Shown here: piece by piece, positions 40,744 to 50,634 of the stretch | Position numbering within the stretch: position 1 is the stretch's first letter | Layout: each line of letters opens with the position of its first letter | Assembly: GCA_965222155.1 (NCBI GenBank) | Contig: CBDCTH010000012.1 | Location: 320,001 to 384,000 of the forward strand | DNA length: 64,000 bases | Direction: 5' to 3' | DNA from: Gammaproteobacteria bacterium | GTDB taxonomy: Bacteria; Pseudomonadota; Gammaproteobacteria; Eutrophobiales; Eutrophobiaceae | Made by a program: the position numbers and the translations under genes | The notes under the pieces: model-generated | Databases searched by the model: none | The model's input: only the letters and a program-made list of their open reading frames with translations | Told to the model about the DNA's origin: nothing

Positions 40744-41481
40744 ATGAGCGAACTTGCGGAAATTAAGAACCTGTTGGAGAAAATTGACGGAAGGCTACAG
40801 CGCGTGGAAGATATCGAAGACATCAAACGCCTGATTGTCGATTATGCGCGCGGGGCGGACCACGGCAATGATCCGGAAATGCTTACCCCTTTGTTTACCG
40901 AGGATGCAGTCTGGGAGGCAAAAGGTTTTGGTCGCTGGGAAGGCCGTGATAAGACAATTGCCTTTCTCAAAGCCATCGCAGGGGAAAAAGTATGGTGGTC
41001 TTTGCACTTTATGATCTCACCGAAGATAGACCTGGCAGCCGACGGTCAGTCTGCAACTCTGCTTTGGTATTTATGGGAACCTGCAACCATGCCGGATGAG
41101 GTTACCAAACAGGCGGAGCCCCATTGGATCACCGGTATCTATGACGCGGAGGTCGTTAAAGTCGATGGTAAATGGTTGTTCAAACGGATCACCAGCGGCA
41201 TGAACATGATTAGCCCGGCAAAAGACGGCTGGGTAAAAACCCGCTTCCCGCAGGGTTCCAGGACCATGCCTTATCTCATGTACCTGAATGAAGGCGACTA
41301 TTACTGGTGCGCCTGCGGAAAATCTGAAAACCAACCCTTTTGTGACGGCTCACACAAGGGGACGGGCATCACACCGGTCAAGTGTGAAATGAAAAAATAC
41401 GATTTTGTCGGTCTTTGCGGTTGTAAAAAAACCGGGACACCGCCGTTCTGCGATGCCTCGCATCTCGGCCTGGATATCTGA
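40744..41481 (+). CDS. SnoaL/NTF2-like domain fused to a double CDGSH [2Fe-2S] domain
   Basis: EDIEDIKRL...LFTEDAVW...VDGKWLF, then WCACGKSENQPFCDGSH and LCGCKKTGTPPFCDASH. Confidence 0.85.
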   Translation: MSELAEIKNLLEKIDGRLQRVEDIEDIKRLIVDYARGADHGNDPEMLTPLFTEDAVWEAKGFGRWEGRDKTIAFLKAIAGEKVWWSLHFMISPKIDLAADGQSATLLWYLWEPATMPDEVTKQAEPHWITGIYDAEVVKVDGKWLFKRITSGMNMISPAKDGWVKTRFPQGSRTMPYLMYLNEGDYYWCACGKSENQPFCDGSHKGTGITPVKCEMKKYDFVGLCGCKKTGTPPFCDASHLGLDI

Positions 41482-41759
41482 ATCGCAGCGAGGGGACGGA
41501 ATACAAGCTACGGCAGAATAGGGTCTGACCCTATAACTCTCTATACTCTTCTGATAATTGTCCAGATTTCAGAGCTCATAGTATCAATTTAGCACGGCTC
41601 GCATCCAGGCATCCTGCTTTGGCAGGCCCGTTCGTAGCCACCAGACCTATCAATAATTTGGTAAAAAACCGATAATAAGGTTTGATATAATATAATATTA
41701 AGCTATTATTAACATAATTTTGTTATTTTTGTCTTATAATATCTTCCTTAGGTGCGATC

Positions 41760-42956
41760 ATGCTCCATAAATACCGATTCAGGAACTTTTTTTCGTTTGC
41801 TGAAGAAACGGAAGTCTCCTTTGTGCTCAATCGCCAGGTTCCAGCCTCGGATCTGGTGTTCGAGAGCCCGGGTGGCACACGTCTGTCGAAAGTACTGGCA
41901 GCCATTGGTCCCAATGCCTCGGGTAAAACCAATATATTGAAGCCACTGCCATTCCTGAGATGGTTTGTTGCACATTCGTTTACTACCAGCAAGCCGGAGG
42001 ACGAAATTCTGGTCCAATCCCACTTTTTCTCTGACATGGCAGACAGTGAGTTCGAGATTGAGTTCGAGGACAAGGGACAGCATTACCGTTATTCGCTGGT
42101 TATCAACCCGCAGCGGGTGGTGCATGAATCCTTGCATCTCAAGACCAGCAAGTTCTTCAGCTTCATTTTCCGGCGCGACTGGTCCGAGTCGGTTTCTGCT
42201 TATGACATCCGTCAGCAGAATTTCGGATTTGCAGCGAGTGAGGCTGAAAAAGTCCGCCCGAATGCGTCGTTAATCGCGACAGCAGCCCAGTACAATGTGC
42301 CATGCGCACGGGAACTTGTCAGTTATTTTGAGCGATTTTATTCTAATGTGAACTATAGTGGCCGGGTTCATTTCGAAACCAGCGATGTGTTTGAGACAAC
42401 GGAATTTTTTCATGGCAGGCCGGCTCTGCGTGCGCAGATGTCCGATATTCTAAGTAATTTGGATCTGGGTTTGGCCGAGGTCATCATTGAATCGCATATA
42501 TTTGTGAAAAAGGAATCCGGAAAGAGCGAAGAGACGAAAATTCCCTATGGCGTCCACCGTAAGGGTAACCAAGAGCAAAAGCTGCCATTCTGGCATGAAT
42601 CCAGTGGTACCCAGGCCGCATTTGTTCTGCTGGAGAATATTCTGCCGGCCCTCGAGCATGGCGGTATCGTCATCATCGATGAGATAGAAGCCGACCTGCA
42701 TCCGGATATGATTACTGCCTTGCTTGATCTATTTATTGATCGTAAGCGCAATCCTCACAACGCACAGATTATCTTTACCTGTCATGCGCATGAGGTTCTC
42801 AATGATTTGCAGAAGGATCAGGTCCTGCTCATCGAGAAAGACCCCGATGGTTTCAGCGAGACATGGCGACTGGGTGATATGAAGGGTATTCGGCGGGATG
42901 ACAATTTGTACGCCAAGTACCGTGCCGGCGCTTATGGTGCGGTTCCAAACCTTTAA
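41760..42956 (+). CDS. RloA/AAA_21-like ABC ATPase (defence-associated)
   Basis: FRNFFSF, GPNASGKTN, ESSGT, IDEIEADLHP, QIIFTCH, YRAGAYGAVP. Confidence 0.85.
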   Translation: MLHKYRFRNFFSFAEETEVSFVLNRQVPASDLVFESPGGTRLSKVLAAIGPNASGKTNILKPLPFLRWFVAHSFTTSKPEDEILVQSHFFSDMADSEFEIEFEDKGQHYRYSLVINPQRVVHESLHLKTSKFFSFIFRRDWSESVSAYDIRQQNFGFAASEAEKVRPNASLIATAAQYNVPCARELVSYFERFYSNVNYSGRVHFETSDVFETTEFFHGRPALRAQMSDILSNLDLGLAEVIIESHIFVKKESGKSEETKIPYGVHRKGNQEQKLPFWHESSGTQAAFVLLENILPALEHGGIVIIDEIEADLHPDMITALLDLFIDRKRNPHNAQIIFTCHAHEVLNDLQKDQVLLIEKDPDGFSETWRLGDMKGIRRDDNLYAKYRAGAYGAVPNL

Positions 42957-42967
42957 TGGGTTGACGT

Positions 42968-43084
42968 ATGCCCGCCCGCGTCAGACGCTCTGCGCGCCAT
43001 ACCATCCTATTAGTCGGGGAGGGGGCAACTGATTCAGCATTTCTCAAGCATATAAAGTCCCTCTACATCTTGGGTAGCACGTGA
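42968..43084 (+). pseudogene. Truncated RloB-like TOPRIM partner
   Basis: TILLVGEGATDSAFL directly after the ATPase; stop after 38 aa. Confidence 0.6.
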
Positions 43085-43124
43085 AAACGTGGTCTGATCC
43101 CTATCATTTCCGATTATTTGAACA

Positions 43125-43230
43125 CTACTCATCACCCGCCATTGGTCAATCTTGGCCCGCGCATCTGCCAGCGTTAGAAACCAGTGCTAATTCAAACATT
43201 CCTGGCGCACACGCGCATTAAACGCCCTTT
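43125..43230 (-). pseudogene. IS3-family transposase remnant
   Basis: Minus strand reads AFNARVRQECLN*HWFLTLADARAKIDQWRV. Confidence 0.7.
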
Positions 43231-43579
43231 TCATAGCGTTTCACAATGACCTGGAAGAACAGGTTAGCCCTGTTCTTTTGTCACAGGCAGATAACCGATT
43301 TCGTCAATGATCAGCAAACTGGGACCATTCCCGCTACCACTGTCGCCATTGCGTGAAAAAATGCCTGACTTTGAACACAGATACTCCTGCGAACGCAGGA
43401 ATCCAGAGTCATACAGGTCCGACCCTGGAAGTTGCACATTTTCACGTCCGCTTGCATTGCCCGGATGGGGGCGAAGAAGGTAAGAGATTGCTCTGGGAGT
43501 TTAGAATAATATATTACCTGATATTACATATCTTTCTTGATACTATAACACTTGGTGTTATACAATTACCGAGAGAGAA

Positions 43580-43990
43580 ATGGACCTCAAAATGCAAAAA
43601 ATCAGGATTTTCAAGAACAAGTGGTTTTTTCGCTTCGCCAGGAAAGAAAACATTGAGGATGCTGACTTGTGTGAGGCGATCAGAAATTCTGAAAAGGGAT
43701 TGATTGAGGCCGATCTTGGCGGTGGCGTGATCAAGCAAAGGATCGCGCGAGCAAAGGAGGGAAAATCAGGCGGATACAGGTCGATTATCCTGTTTCGCTC
43801 CGGCGACAAAGCGTTCTTCGTGTATGGATTTACGAAGAGTAAACGGGACAACATCAGGAAAGACGAATTGACAGGCTTCAGGGCTCTGGCGGATGAAATG
43901 TTAGGCTATAACGAGGCCACGCTTACCAGGTCTCTGAAAAGTGGAGCGATTGTAGAGGTGAAATGCGATGAAAAAACAGTATCTAAGTGA
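43580..43990 (+). CDS. RelE/ParE (HigB-type) toxin
   Basis: ADLGGGVIKQRIAR...GKSGGYR, FFVYGFTK. Confidence 0.9.
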   Translation: MDLKMQKIRIFKNKWFFRFARKENIEDADLCEAIRNSEKGLIEADLGGGVIKQRIARAKEGKSGGYRSIILFRSGDKAFFVYGFTKSKRDNIRKDELTGFRALADEMLGYNEATLTRSLKSGAIVEVKCDEKTVSK

Positions 43991-44285
43991 TGCTCTCGGT
44001 GCGATCCATGAGACCGCCAGCGATCTGCATGACGCCGGCGTCATGGACAAGCGCACTCTGCGTAAATTCGACAAGATGTGCCTGACTCCAGTGCATCCGA
44101 TGAAGCCGGAGGAAATCCGCGAGTTGCGTAGGCGTGAGCACGTAAGCCAGGCCGTCTTTGCAATTCACCTGAACGTTTCCAAGGGAGTGGTCAGCCAGTG
44201 GGAGCGTGGAGAGAAGCAGCCTGCCGGCACATCTCTCAAACTCCTGGCGCTGGTTCAGGAGAGGGGGCTGGACGCAATCGCCTGA
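43968..44285 (+). CDS. XRE-HTH antitoxin
   Basis: AIHETASDLH, SQAVFA...VSQWERGEKQP. Confidence 0.9.
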   Translation: MKKQYLSDALGAIHETASDLHDAGVMDKRTLRKFDKMCLTPVHPMKPEEIRELRRREHVSQAVFAIHLNVSKGVVSQWERGEKQPAGTSLKLLALVQERGLDAIA

Positions 44286-44312
44286 CCCAGTCCGGTTCCT
44301 CCTGCTACGGCA

Positions 44313-44597
44313 CCAGGATAGGGTCGGACCTGCCTAACTATTTGTTCCAGTTCAGTTTATATGCCATATACGCCTGTTATTTTTCCTTAAAACCCCCTTT
44401 TTGCTATCAGAATCAAGGTCGTAAGGTCCCCATGCCTGTTTGACGGCATTAGGCCAGGCCAGGATAGGGTCGGACCTGCCTAACTATTTGTTCCAGTTCA
44501 GTTTATATGCCATATACGCCTGTTATTTTTCCTTAAAACCCCCTTTTTGCTATCAGAATCAAGGTCGTAAGGTCCCCATGCCTGTTTGACAGCATTA
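44313..44597. repeat. Near-perfect tandem duplication, 146-bp period
   Basis: CCAGGATAGGGTCGGACCTGCC...TGAC(G/A)GCATTA at 44313 and 44459. Confidence 0.95.
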
Positions 44598-44902
44598 CTC
44601 TCCTGATTCGCTGTGGTCTACTTGTGCAGCGTCTGATACTTCCTCTTAAAGTCCTGTTTTGGCATATGAAAAACGTAGTCTAAGCGTAGGACAGCACGTC
44701 TTTTGTGACAGTTTCCCTTTATTATCAGTAGTTTCTGTCAGGCTGGACTGGTCTGACCCTATACTCTAAAGTCGGCGACGGCGGTGGACGGGGCCGATGA
44801 GAGCCGGGTGCGGCTGGACTCGGTGGGGTGCGACGGCCCTTGCCCGACCGGAGCACGGCCTGATGCTGCGCACCACGCTGCCGTGGTAGGGTAAAACAGG
44901 AA

Positions 44903-44927
44903 GGGGACGGATTTCAAATCCGTCCCC
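44903..44927. repeat. REP-like palindrome
   Basis: GGGGACGGATTTCAAATCCGTCCCC just past the 3' end of the deaminase gene. Confidence 0.75.
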
Positions 44928-44944
44928 TGTTCGAAACCTGTCCC

Positions 44945-46357
44945 TTACTGCCTGGTAAACTCGTTATGGACGAGTTTAATCAGGGACCGGCGCTCCTCTT
45001 GACCCTTGACGTAATAGTCTGTGAATTTCTCAAACCATTGAGTCGCTTTGGCAATGATCGCTTCTTCATCAAGCATAGTGAATTCGCCTTCCCGGCGCAG
45101 GAACACGCCATCAACCATTACGTCAGCGGCCACGGCGCCCGGACCGTTAATACAGAGAAAGTAAAACAACATGCCGGCGTTTAACGGCATTAAATCAGTA
45201 TTTCGTCGTAAATCAATGGTAATAATATCGGCGCGCTTATCGGGCTCAAGAGTTCCGACCCTGTCGTCCATGCGCAGTACTTTGGCGCTGCCGGTAGTTG
45301 CCAGTTCCAACGGTACCCAGACAGGGACACTGCGCTTCTCCCTTGGCATGATGTTATGGAACAAGGACATGGCGGCCATGTCTTTAAAAAGATTACCGGT
45401 CGGGTTATCCGTTGCCAGTCCGAGCCTGACCCCTGCATCCCGCATATACGGCACGTAGGCACAGTCTCCCTTCCGGGCATTGTTCGTAGGGCAGTGGGTA
45501 ATGGCGCACCCTGTCTCGGCCATGATATCGATCTCTTCTTCATTCAACTGGGTACAGTGAAAGAAAACTGAGCGTTCGTTAACCAGACCGATGTTCCGGA
45601 GATACTGGATTGCGCCTCCTTCATTGGCGCAGAGTTCGTTGGCAAGCCTTTTTTCATCAGGGGCCTCGAACAGGTGCGTCGCGAACTGAACATCGTATTT
45701 TTCCGCCAGGGCCATGCCCTTGACCAGCATACTTTCGGTGCAGTTCCATGGCCAACTGGTATGGACATCGACTGTGATGCGGCCGTCGAGAGTATTGTGA
45801 TAATTTCTGATCGCATCTTCGGTTTGCGCCAGGTATCCCTGCTCATCCAAACCATCCGACATTTCGTAGGCCGTCACCATCTGCGGCTGGATCACCATGC
45901 GCATTCTGCTGTGCTCTGCGGCTTTATAAACCGCATCCGGGAAGTGGAAGGCGTTGGCCGTGGTTGTTGTCCCGTGTTTCAGGAGATTAACAATCCCCAG
46001 CAACGTTAAATCATAGGTGCTCTCTTCGGTCAGCCAGGTCCAGGCCGGCCATATGTAGTGGTGCAGGACATCAATAATGCCGCGCACCGGCTTCCAGGAA
46101 CTCATGCCGAGGATGAGGAACTGGTGGTATTCACCGACGTGATTGTGGCTGTCGATCAGGCCCGGCATAACGATTTTGTTGCGGCAATCGAGAACCTCGG
46201 TATTTTCATCGGTGACCAGCCGCTCGATCTCCGCGGTTGGCCCAACCGCTTTGATAACCGGGCCTTCAACATATACCGCTCCATCTTCCAGAATTCCTTT
46301 CTCAGGCGCTGCTTTGCAAATCAGGTAACGACAATTCTTGAATAACACCTTGTTCAT
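44945..46357 (-). CDS. Amidohydrolase, MtaD/AtzA/SsnA-like deaminase
   Basis: PGLIDSHNH, GTTT, THLFE, HC, HCPTNN, GLATD, GTLEPDKRADII. Confidence 0.85.
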   Translation of the reverse strand: MNKVLFKNCRYLICKAAPEKGILEDGAVYVEGPVIKAVGPTAEIERLVTDENTEVLDCRNKIVMPGLIDSHNHVGEYHQFLILGMSSWKPVRGIIDVLHHYIWPAWTWLTEESTYDLTLLGIVNLLKHGTTTTANAFHFPDAVYKAAEHSRMRMVIQPQMVTAYEMSDGLDEQGYLAQTEDAIRNYHNTLDGRITVDVHTSWPWNCTESMLVKGMALAEKYDVQFATHLFEAPDEKRLANELCANEGGAIQYLRNIGLVNERSVFFHCTQLNEEEIDIMAETGCAITHCPTNNARKGDCAYVPYMRDAGVRLGLATDNPTGNLFKDMAAMSLFHNIMPREKRSVPVWVPLELATTGSAKVLRMDDRVGTLEPDKRADIITIDLRRNTDLMPLNAGMLFYFLCINGPGAVAADVMVDGVFLRREGEFTMLDEEAIIAKATQWFEKFTDYYVKGQEERRSLIKLVHNEFTRQ

Positions 46358-46457
46358 GGCTTAATCTCCTTAATTATCTGTTTAACTATAGTATATGTAA
46401 CAATAGCTCGTATTTCTCACCACCGTTCCAGCCTGATCTGGGGGAGGATAACCATTC

Positions 46458-47825
46458 ATGAAACAAGAAGAACTACAGTTAGCGGTTCGCGGAACCATGA
46501 TTCATCCCCCTGCTGCAGGCGCTATCGAAATCCTTGAAAACGCATTAATCGCAGTGGATAACACGGGTCAAATCGCCGCTGTAACAAGTCCCGGCGAGCC
46601 TGACTACGACAAACTGGAACAAACGGCGAGAGACGCGGGCAAACTGGAGGAACTGTCAGCGGAGGAATACCTGCTGCCCGGGCTGGTCGACACTCACGTT
46701 CACGCCCCGCAATGGCCGCAACTCGGTAAGGCCCTGGATCGGCCGTTGGACGTGTGGTTGCAGAAATATACGTTTCCCCTGGAGGCCAGGTACGCAGACC
46801 TGGAGTTTGCCCAGCGCGTGTACGAAAACCTTGTCCATACCCTGATCGCCAACGGGACGACGACGGCGATGTACTACGCCACGATACACCTCGAGGCATC
46901 AAAACGCCTGGCGGAGATATGCCTGCAAAAGGGACAACGGGCGCTGGTTGGCAAGATCACAATGGATAATCCTGAACAATGCCCGGACTATTATCGTGAT
47001 GCGAGCACCCGGCAAGGGCTGGATGATACGGAGAATTTTATAGAACAGGTGCGGGGCCTGCCCGGCAATTCGAATGAGTTGGTCCTGCCCGTCGTTACAC
47101 CGAGATTTATTCCCAGTTGTACGGACGAAATGCTGCAAGGATTAGGTGAGATAACGCGGCGCGCCGATTGTCACGTACAGACTCATTGTTCCGAAGGCGA
47201 TTGGGAACACGCATTTGTGCTTGATCGTTACGGAAAAACCGACACGCTGAGCCTGGATGGGTTCGGCTTGTTGACGCCGCAAACGGTTCTGGCCCATTGC
47301 AACTTCGTCGATGACGATGACATGCAGGTCATCAAAGAAGCGAAAACGGGGATCGCACATTGTCCGTTGGCGAACCTGTATTTTTCCAATGCAGTCTTTC
47401 CGGTACGCAAAGCGCTTGACAAGGGATTACAGCTTGGGTTGGGCACGGACATAGCAGGCGGGGCAAATCCCAGTATCCTGCACAACTGCCAAATGGCAGT
47501 CACTGCCTCCCGGGCGCGGGAGGACGGTGTCAGCCAGGATCTCGGACCGGACGAGCGCGGCACGTCCGGCGCCCGCATCGATTTCCGCGAGGCCTTCTGG
47601 ATGGCGACGGCAGGGGGTGGCGAGGTTCTGGGTCTGAAAGTGGGCAAATTCGTCGAGGGTTACGCCTTCGACGCCATAGTTATCGGGACTGACGTAGCAG
47701 ATAGCAACCTCATCATCTGGGAAGATATGGATACGGGTGATGATGTGTTACAGAAAATCATTTATAACGCCGAACGTCAAAACATCAAGCAGGTCTGGGT
47801 GCAGGGAAAACGGATAAAAGGCTGA
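46458..47825 (+). CDS. guaD: Guanine deaminase
   Basis: PGLVDTHVHAPQ, WLQKYTFPLE, NGTTTA, VTPRFIPSCT, QTHCSE, GTDIAGG. Confidence 0.9.
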   Translation: MKQEELQLAVRGTMIHPPAAGAIEILENALIAVDNTGQIAAVTSPGEPDYDKLEQTARDAGKLEELSAEEYLLPGLVDTHVHAPQWPQLGKALDRPLDVWLQKYTFPLEARYADLEFAQRVYENLVHTLIANGTTTAMYYATIHLEASKRLAEICLQKGQRALVGKITMDNPEQCPDYYRDASTRQGLDDTENFIEQVRGLPGNSNELVLPVVTPRFIPSCTDEMLQGLGEITRRADCHVQTHCSEGDWEHAFVLDRYGKTDTLSLDGFGLLTPQTVLAHCNFVDDDDMQVIKEAKTGIAHCPLANLYFSNAVFPVRKALDKGLQLGLGTDIAGGANPSILHNCQMAVTASRAREDGVSQDLGPDERGTSGARIDFREAFWMATAGGGEVLGLKVGKFVEGYAFDAIVIGTDVADSNLIIWEDMDTGDDVLQKIIYNAERQNIKQVWVQGKRIKG

Positions 47826-48093
47826 GTGGACAGGTCTTCCATGTACATTGCAGCGGGATATTCTGCCGAGGCCATGTTTGAATCACAGATATAATATTTT
47901 TCTTCTACTATACTTATCAGATACATTTTTATTACTGGACACCGATGGTTTCAGTAATCGGCACACAAACAGATCACTATGACCAATGCAGCGTTTCGGT
48001 TGTTAATGACCTGTTTATTTTATTTTGAGACAGGAGAGTTTAAACCAACGCTGAGCTTACTGCTGATACCAGCTGGAAAATAGCTCAGACTTC

Positions 48094-50493
48094 ATGTCTC
48101 AACGCGGTGAAGGGGGGCAAAAAATGTGTAAATTCCACACGGTGAATCCACCGATTTCTGTAATATTCCAACTGAAAAAACTCATTATCGGCTTAATTAT
48201 CCCTCTGGGCGTTACAGGCATTCCGGGACTCACAGTGGCGCAGGGACAGACTGCCGGCGCTATCGAAGAGATTGTGGTCAGCGCCCAGCGACGCGACGAA
48301 AATCTCCAGGATGTCCCGATAACAGTCAATGTGTTTTCTTCCAAAGACATTAATGACCTGGCGATTAACAATGCGCGCGATCTGGTCGGCCATACGCCCT
48401 CCCTGGTTTTCATGAGCACGAGCAGTAACCTGACTGCGCCGAGTATTTATTTGCGCGGCCTTGGCAATGAGAGCTTTCATGCCAATGCCGGCTCTCCGGT
48501 GGGTGTGTACGTCGACGGCAGCTACGTCGGCAATAACACAGCCTACGGTTTCCAACTCATGGACGTCGATCGCGTTGAAGTTCTGAAAGGTCCGCAGGGG
48601 ACGCTTTATGGCCGTAATACCACGGCCGGATTAATCAACTATATTCCCAGGAAACCGGTAATTGAAGATGGCTTCAGCGGCGATGTTTCGGCTGGCTATG
48701 GGCGGTTTGATACCTGGAATATTCAAGGCGCGGTCAATATGCCGTTGAGCGATACCGCTGCCCTACGGGTTGCCGTCAAAAGCGACCACACGAACGGACA
48801 ATTCGAGAATGTTTCGCCCACCTTTACCACAGATGATTACGGTGGACACGACGCTACATCCATTCGCGGGTCCCTGCTGTTCCAACCAAGCGACAGGCTG
48901 CGCGTGCTGGCAAGTGGCTTTTATGGCGATCTTGACGGGCCTCCGGGCATCGGAGTTGCCCTGGGTGTTCTGGACCCGACGACTGCGCCCGTGAGCTTCG
49001 CTACCCGCCTCGCACTGGTGCCTTGCCAGGAAACCATAGCAATTGGCAGCAATTGTTCGGATGTGGCGGGATTCGTGCCCAATGACGATATCTATGTGTC
49101 GGAGAAAGACTCTCCCGGTGGGGAAGATGCGCAATCATACGGTTTCCGGTTGCAACTGAATTATGATTTCGAAACTTTTACCTTTACCTCGATATCGACC
49201 TACGATAACACGGAACGGGAGGTGTTCAACGATACCGACAACCTTCCCAGTGGCCTGCTTGTCGCGAGTCTGGCAACGGATTACGAATCATTCAGCCAGG
49301 AACTGCGGCTGACCTCCAGCCATGGAGGTCCGTTCAGTTGGATCGCCGGGTTTTACTACTACACCGATGATGTGATTCAGTGGGAGGGGGTTGCGGTTCC
49401 ATATATCGATTCTCTCTTTGGATTCGGATACGTGGGGCGGGACCTGGAACAGGAAACCAGTACCTACGCCTTCTTCGGTGATGTTGCTTATGAGTTTTCA
49501 GATCGGCTGGAACTGACAGCCGGACTCCGTGTTACTAATGATGAGCGTAAGGGAGATCAGTTTCGCTTCAATATCGACTCGGCATTAATAGCCCGGAATT
49601 CATTCCTGAACCGGGCCGACGGGATGGCCAACAACGTCAGGGTTCTGTTTCCGGTAACTCACCTGGAGAACGACTGGACTGAAGTGAGCGGGCGTGTCTC
49701 ATTGACATACCGATGGAGTGATGAAGTCAGTACCTACGTTACCGGGGCCCGGGGTTTTAAAGGCGGCGAAATCAATGGCGCGCCGGGAAATGCGGATAAT
49801 ATCAGCCTGTCCGGCCCGGAATTCCTGACCAGTGTGGAAGTGGGTATCAAGGCCGAGTTGTGGGACCGGCGGACGCGTTTGAACCTGTCGGGTTTTTATT
49901 ACGATTTTACCGACCAGCAGGTGTTCGTCGAGGAACCGACCGCGACGGGATCGACCTCCCAGGTCATTTCCAACGCCGGCTCATCGACGATCTACGGCAT
50001 GGAGGCACAGGTGGTCATCGTCCCGGCAGAGAATCTGCGCCTCAATCTGACAGCAGCCTACATGGAAGCGGAGTTCGATGAGTTCCTGATAGACCCTCAT
50101 GACCTCGATAATGACGGTGATTTGAAAGACAAGTCCGGAAATAAGTTGGCCAACGCCCCGGAGTTGTTTTTATCCGCCTTAGCGCGCTATGACATACCCC
50201 TGGCTCATGGAGGGAAAGTGACTCTGCAAGCGGATGCGAACCTGCAGGATGACCGGTTCTTTACCGTAGACAACAACCCTTACCTCGCACAGGATTCCTA
50301 TTGGCTCGTGGGAGCGAGAGTGACCTACCTGCCACCCGGCGAGAACTGGGACCTCAGCTTCTGGGGGAAGAATCTCACGGACGAGGAATATTTTGTCGGG
50401 GGCTTCGATTTTCGAGGTCTGGCCGGCAGTGTTTTCCCGCTCAGTGTGGGTGAACGCATGACCTGGGGCGTGACGGGCAACTATCGGTTCTGA
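48094..50493 (+). CDS. TonB-dependent receptor
   Basis: IEEIVVSAQRR TonB box region, RVEVLKGPQGTLYGRN, C-terminal YRF. Confidence 0.95.
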   Translation: MSQRGEGGQKMCKFHTVNPPISVIFQLKKLIIGLIIPLGVTGIPGLTVAQGQTAGAIEEIVVSAQRRDENLQDVPITVNVFSSKDINDLAINNARDLVGHTPSLVFMSTSSNLTAPSIYLRGLGNESFHANAGSPVGVYVDGSYVGNNTAYGFQLMDVDRVEVLKGPQGTLYGRNTTAGLINYIPRKPVIEDGFSGDVSAGYGRFDTWNIQGAVNMPLSDTAALRVAVKSDHTNGQFENVSPTFTTDDYGGHDATSIRGSLLFQPSDRLRVLASGFYGDLDGPPGIGVALGVLDPTTAPVSFATRLALVPCQETIAIGSNCSDVAGFVPNDDIYVSEKDSPGGEDAQSYGFRLQLNYDFETFTFTSISTYDNTEREVFNDTDNLPSGLLVASLATDYESFSQELRLTSSHGGPFSWIAGFYYYTDDVIQWEGVAVPYIDSLFGFGYVGRDLEQETSTYAFFGDVAYEFSDRLELTAGLRVTNDERKGDQFRFNIDSALIARNSFLNRADGMANNVRVLFPVTHLENDWTEVSGRVSLTYRWSDEVSTYVTGARGFKGGEINGAPGNADNISLSGPEFLTSVEVGIKAELWDRRTRLNLSGFYYDFTDQQVFVEEPTATGSTSQVISNAGSSTIYGMEAQVVIVPAENLRLNLTAAYMEAEFDEFLIDPHDLDNDGDLKDKSGNKLANAPELFLSALARYDIPLAHGGKVTLQADANLQDDRFFTVDNNPYLAQDSYWLVGARVTYLPPGENWDLSFWGKNLTDEEYFVGGFDFRGLAGSVFPLSVGERMTWGVTGNYRF

Positions 50494-50520
50494 TTCTCCC
50501 AAAGATAAAATCGAACTATA

Positions 50521-50556
50521 AGAGGACTCACCCGGGATGCGTAAGTCCTCTTTTTT
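50521..50556 (+). terminator. Possible intrinsic terminator after the TonB receptor
   Basis: GAGGACT...AGTCCTC stem followed by T6. Confidence 0.55.
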
Positions 50557-50634
50557 GCGCGTGTGGGTTACCATGTTGTTTTTGGCGAAAGTCATTAATT
50601 TCTGATACGCAGGATCAGGGATGGCTCTAACAAG

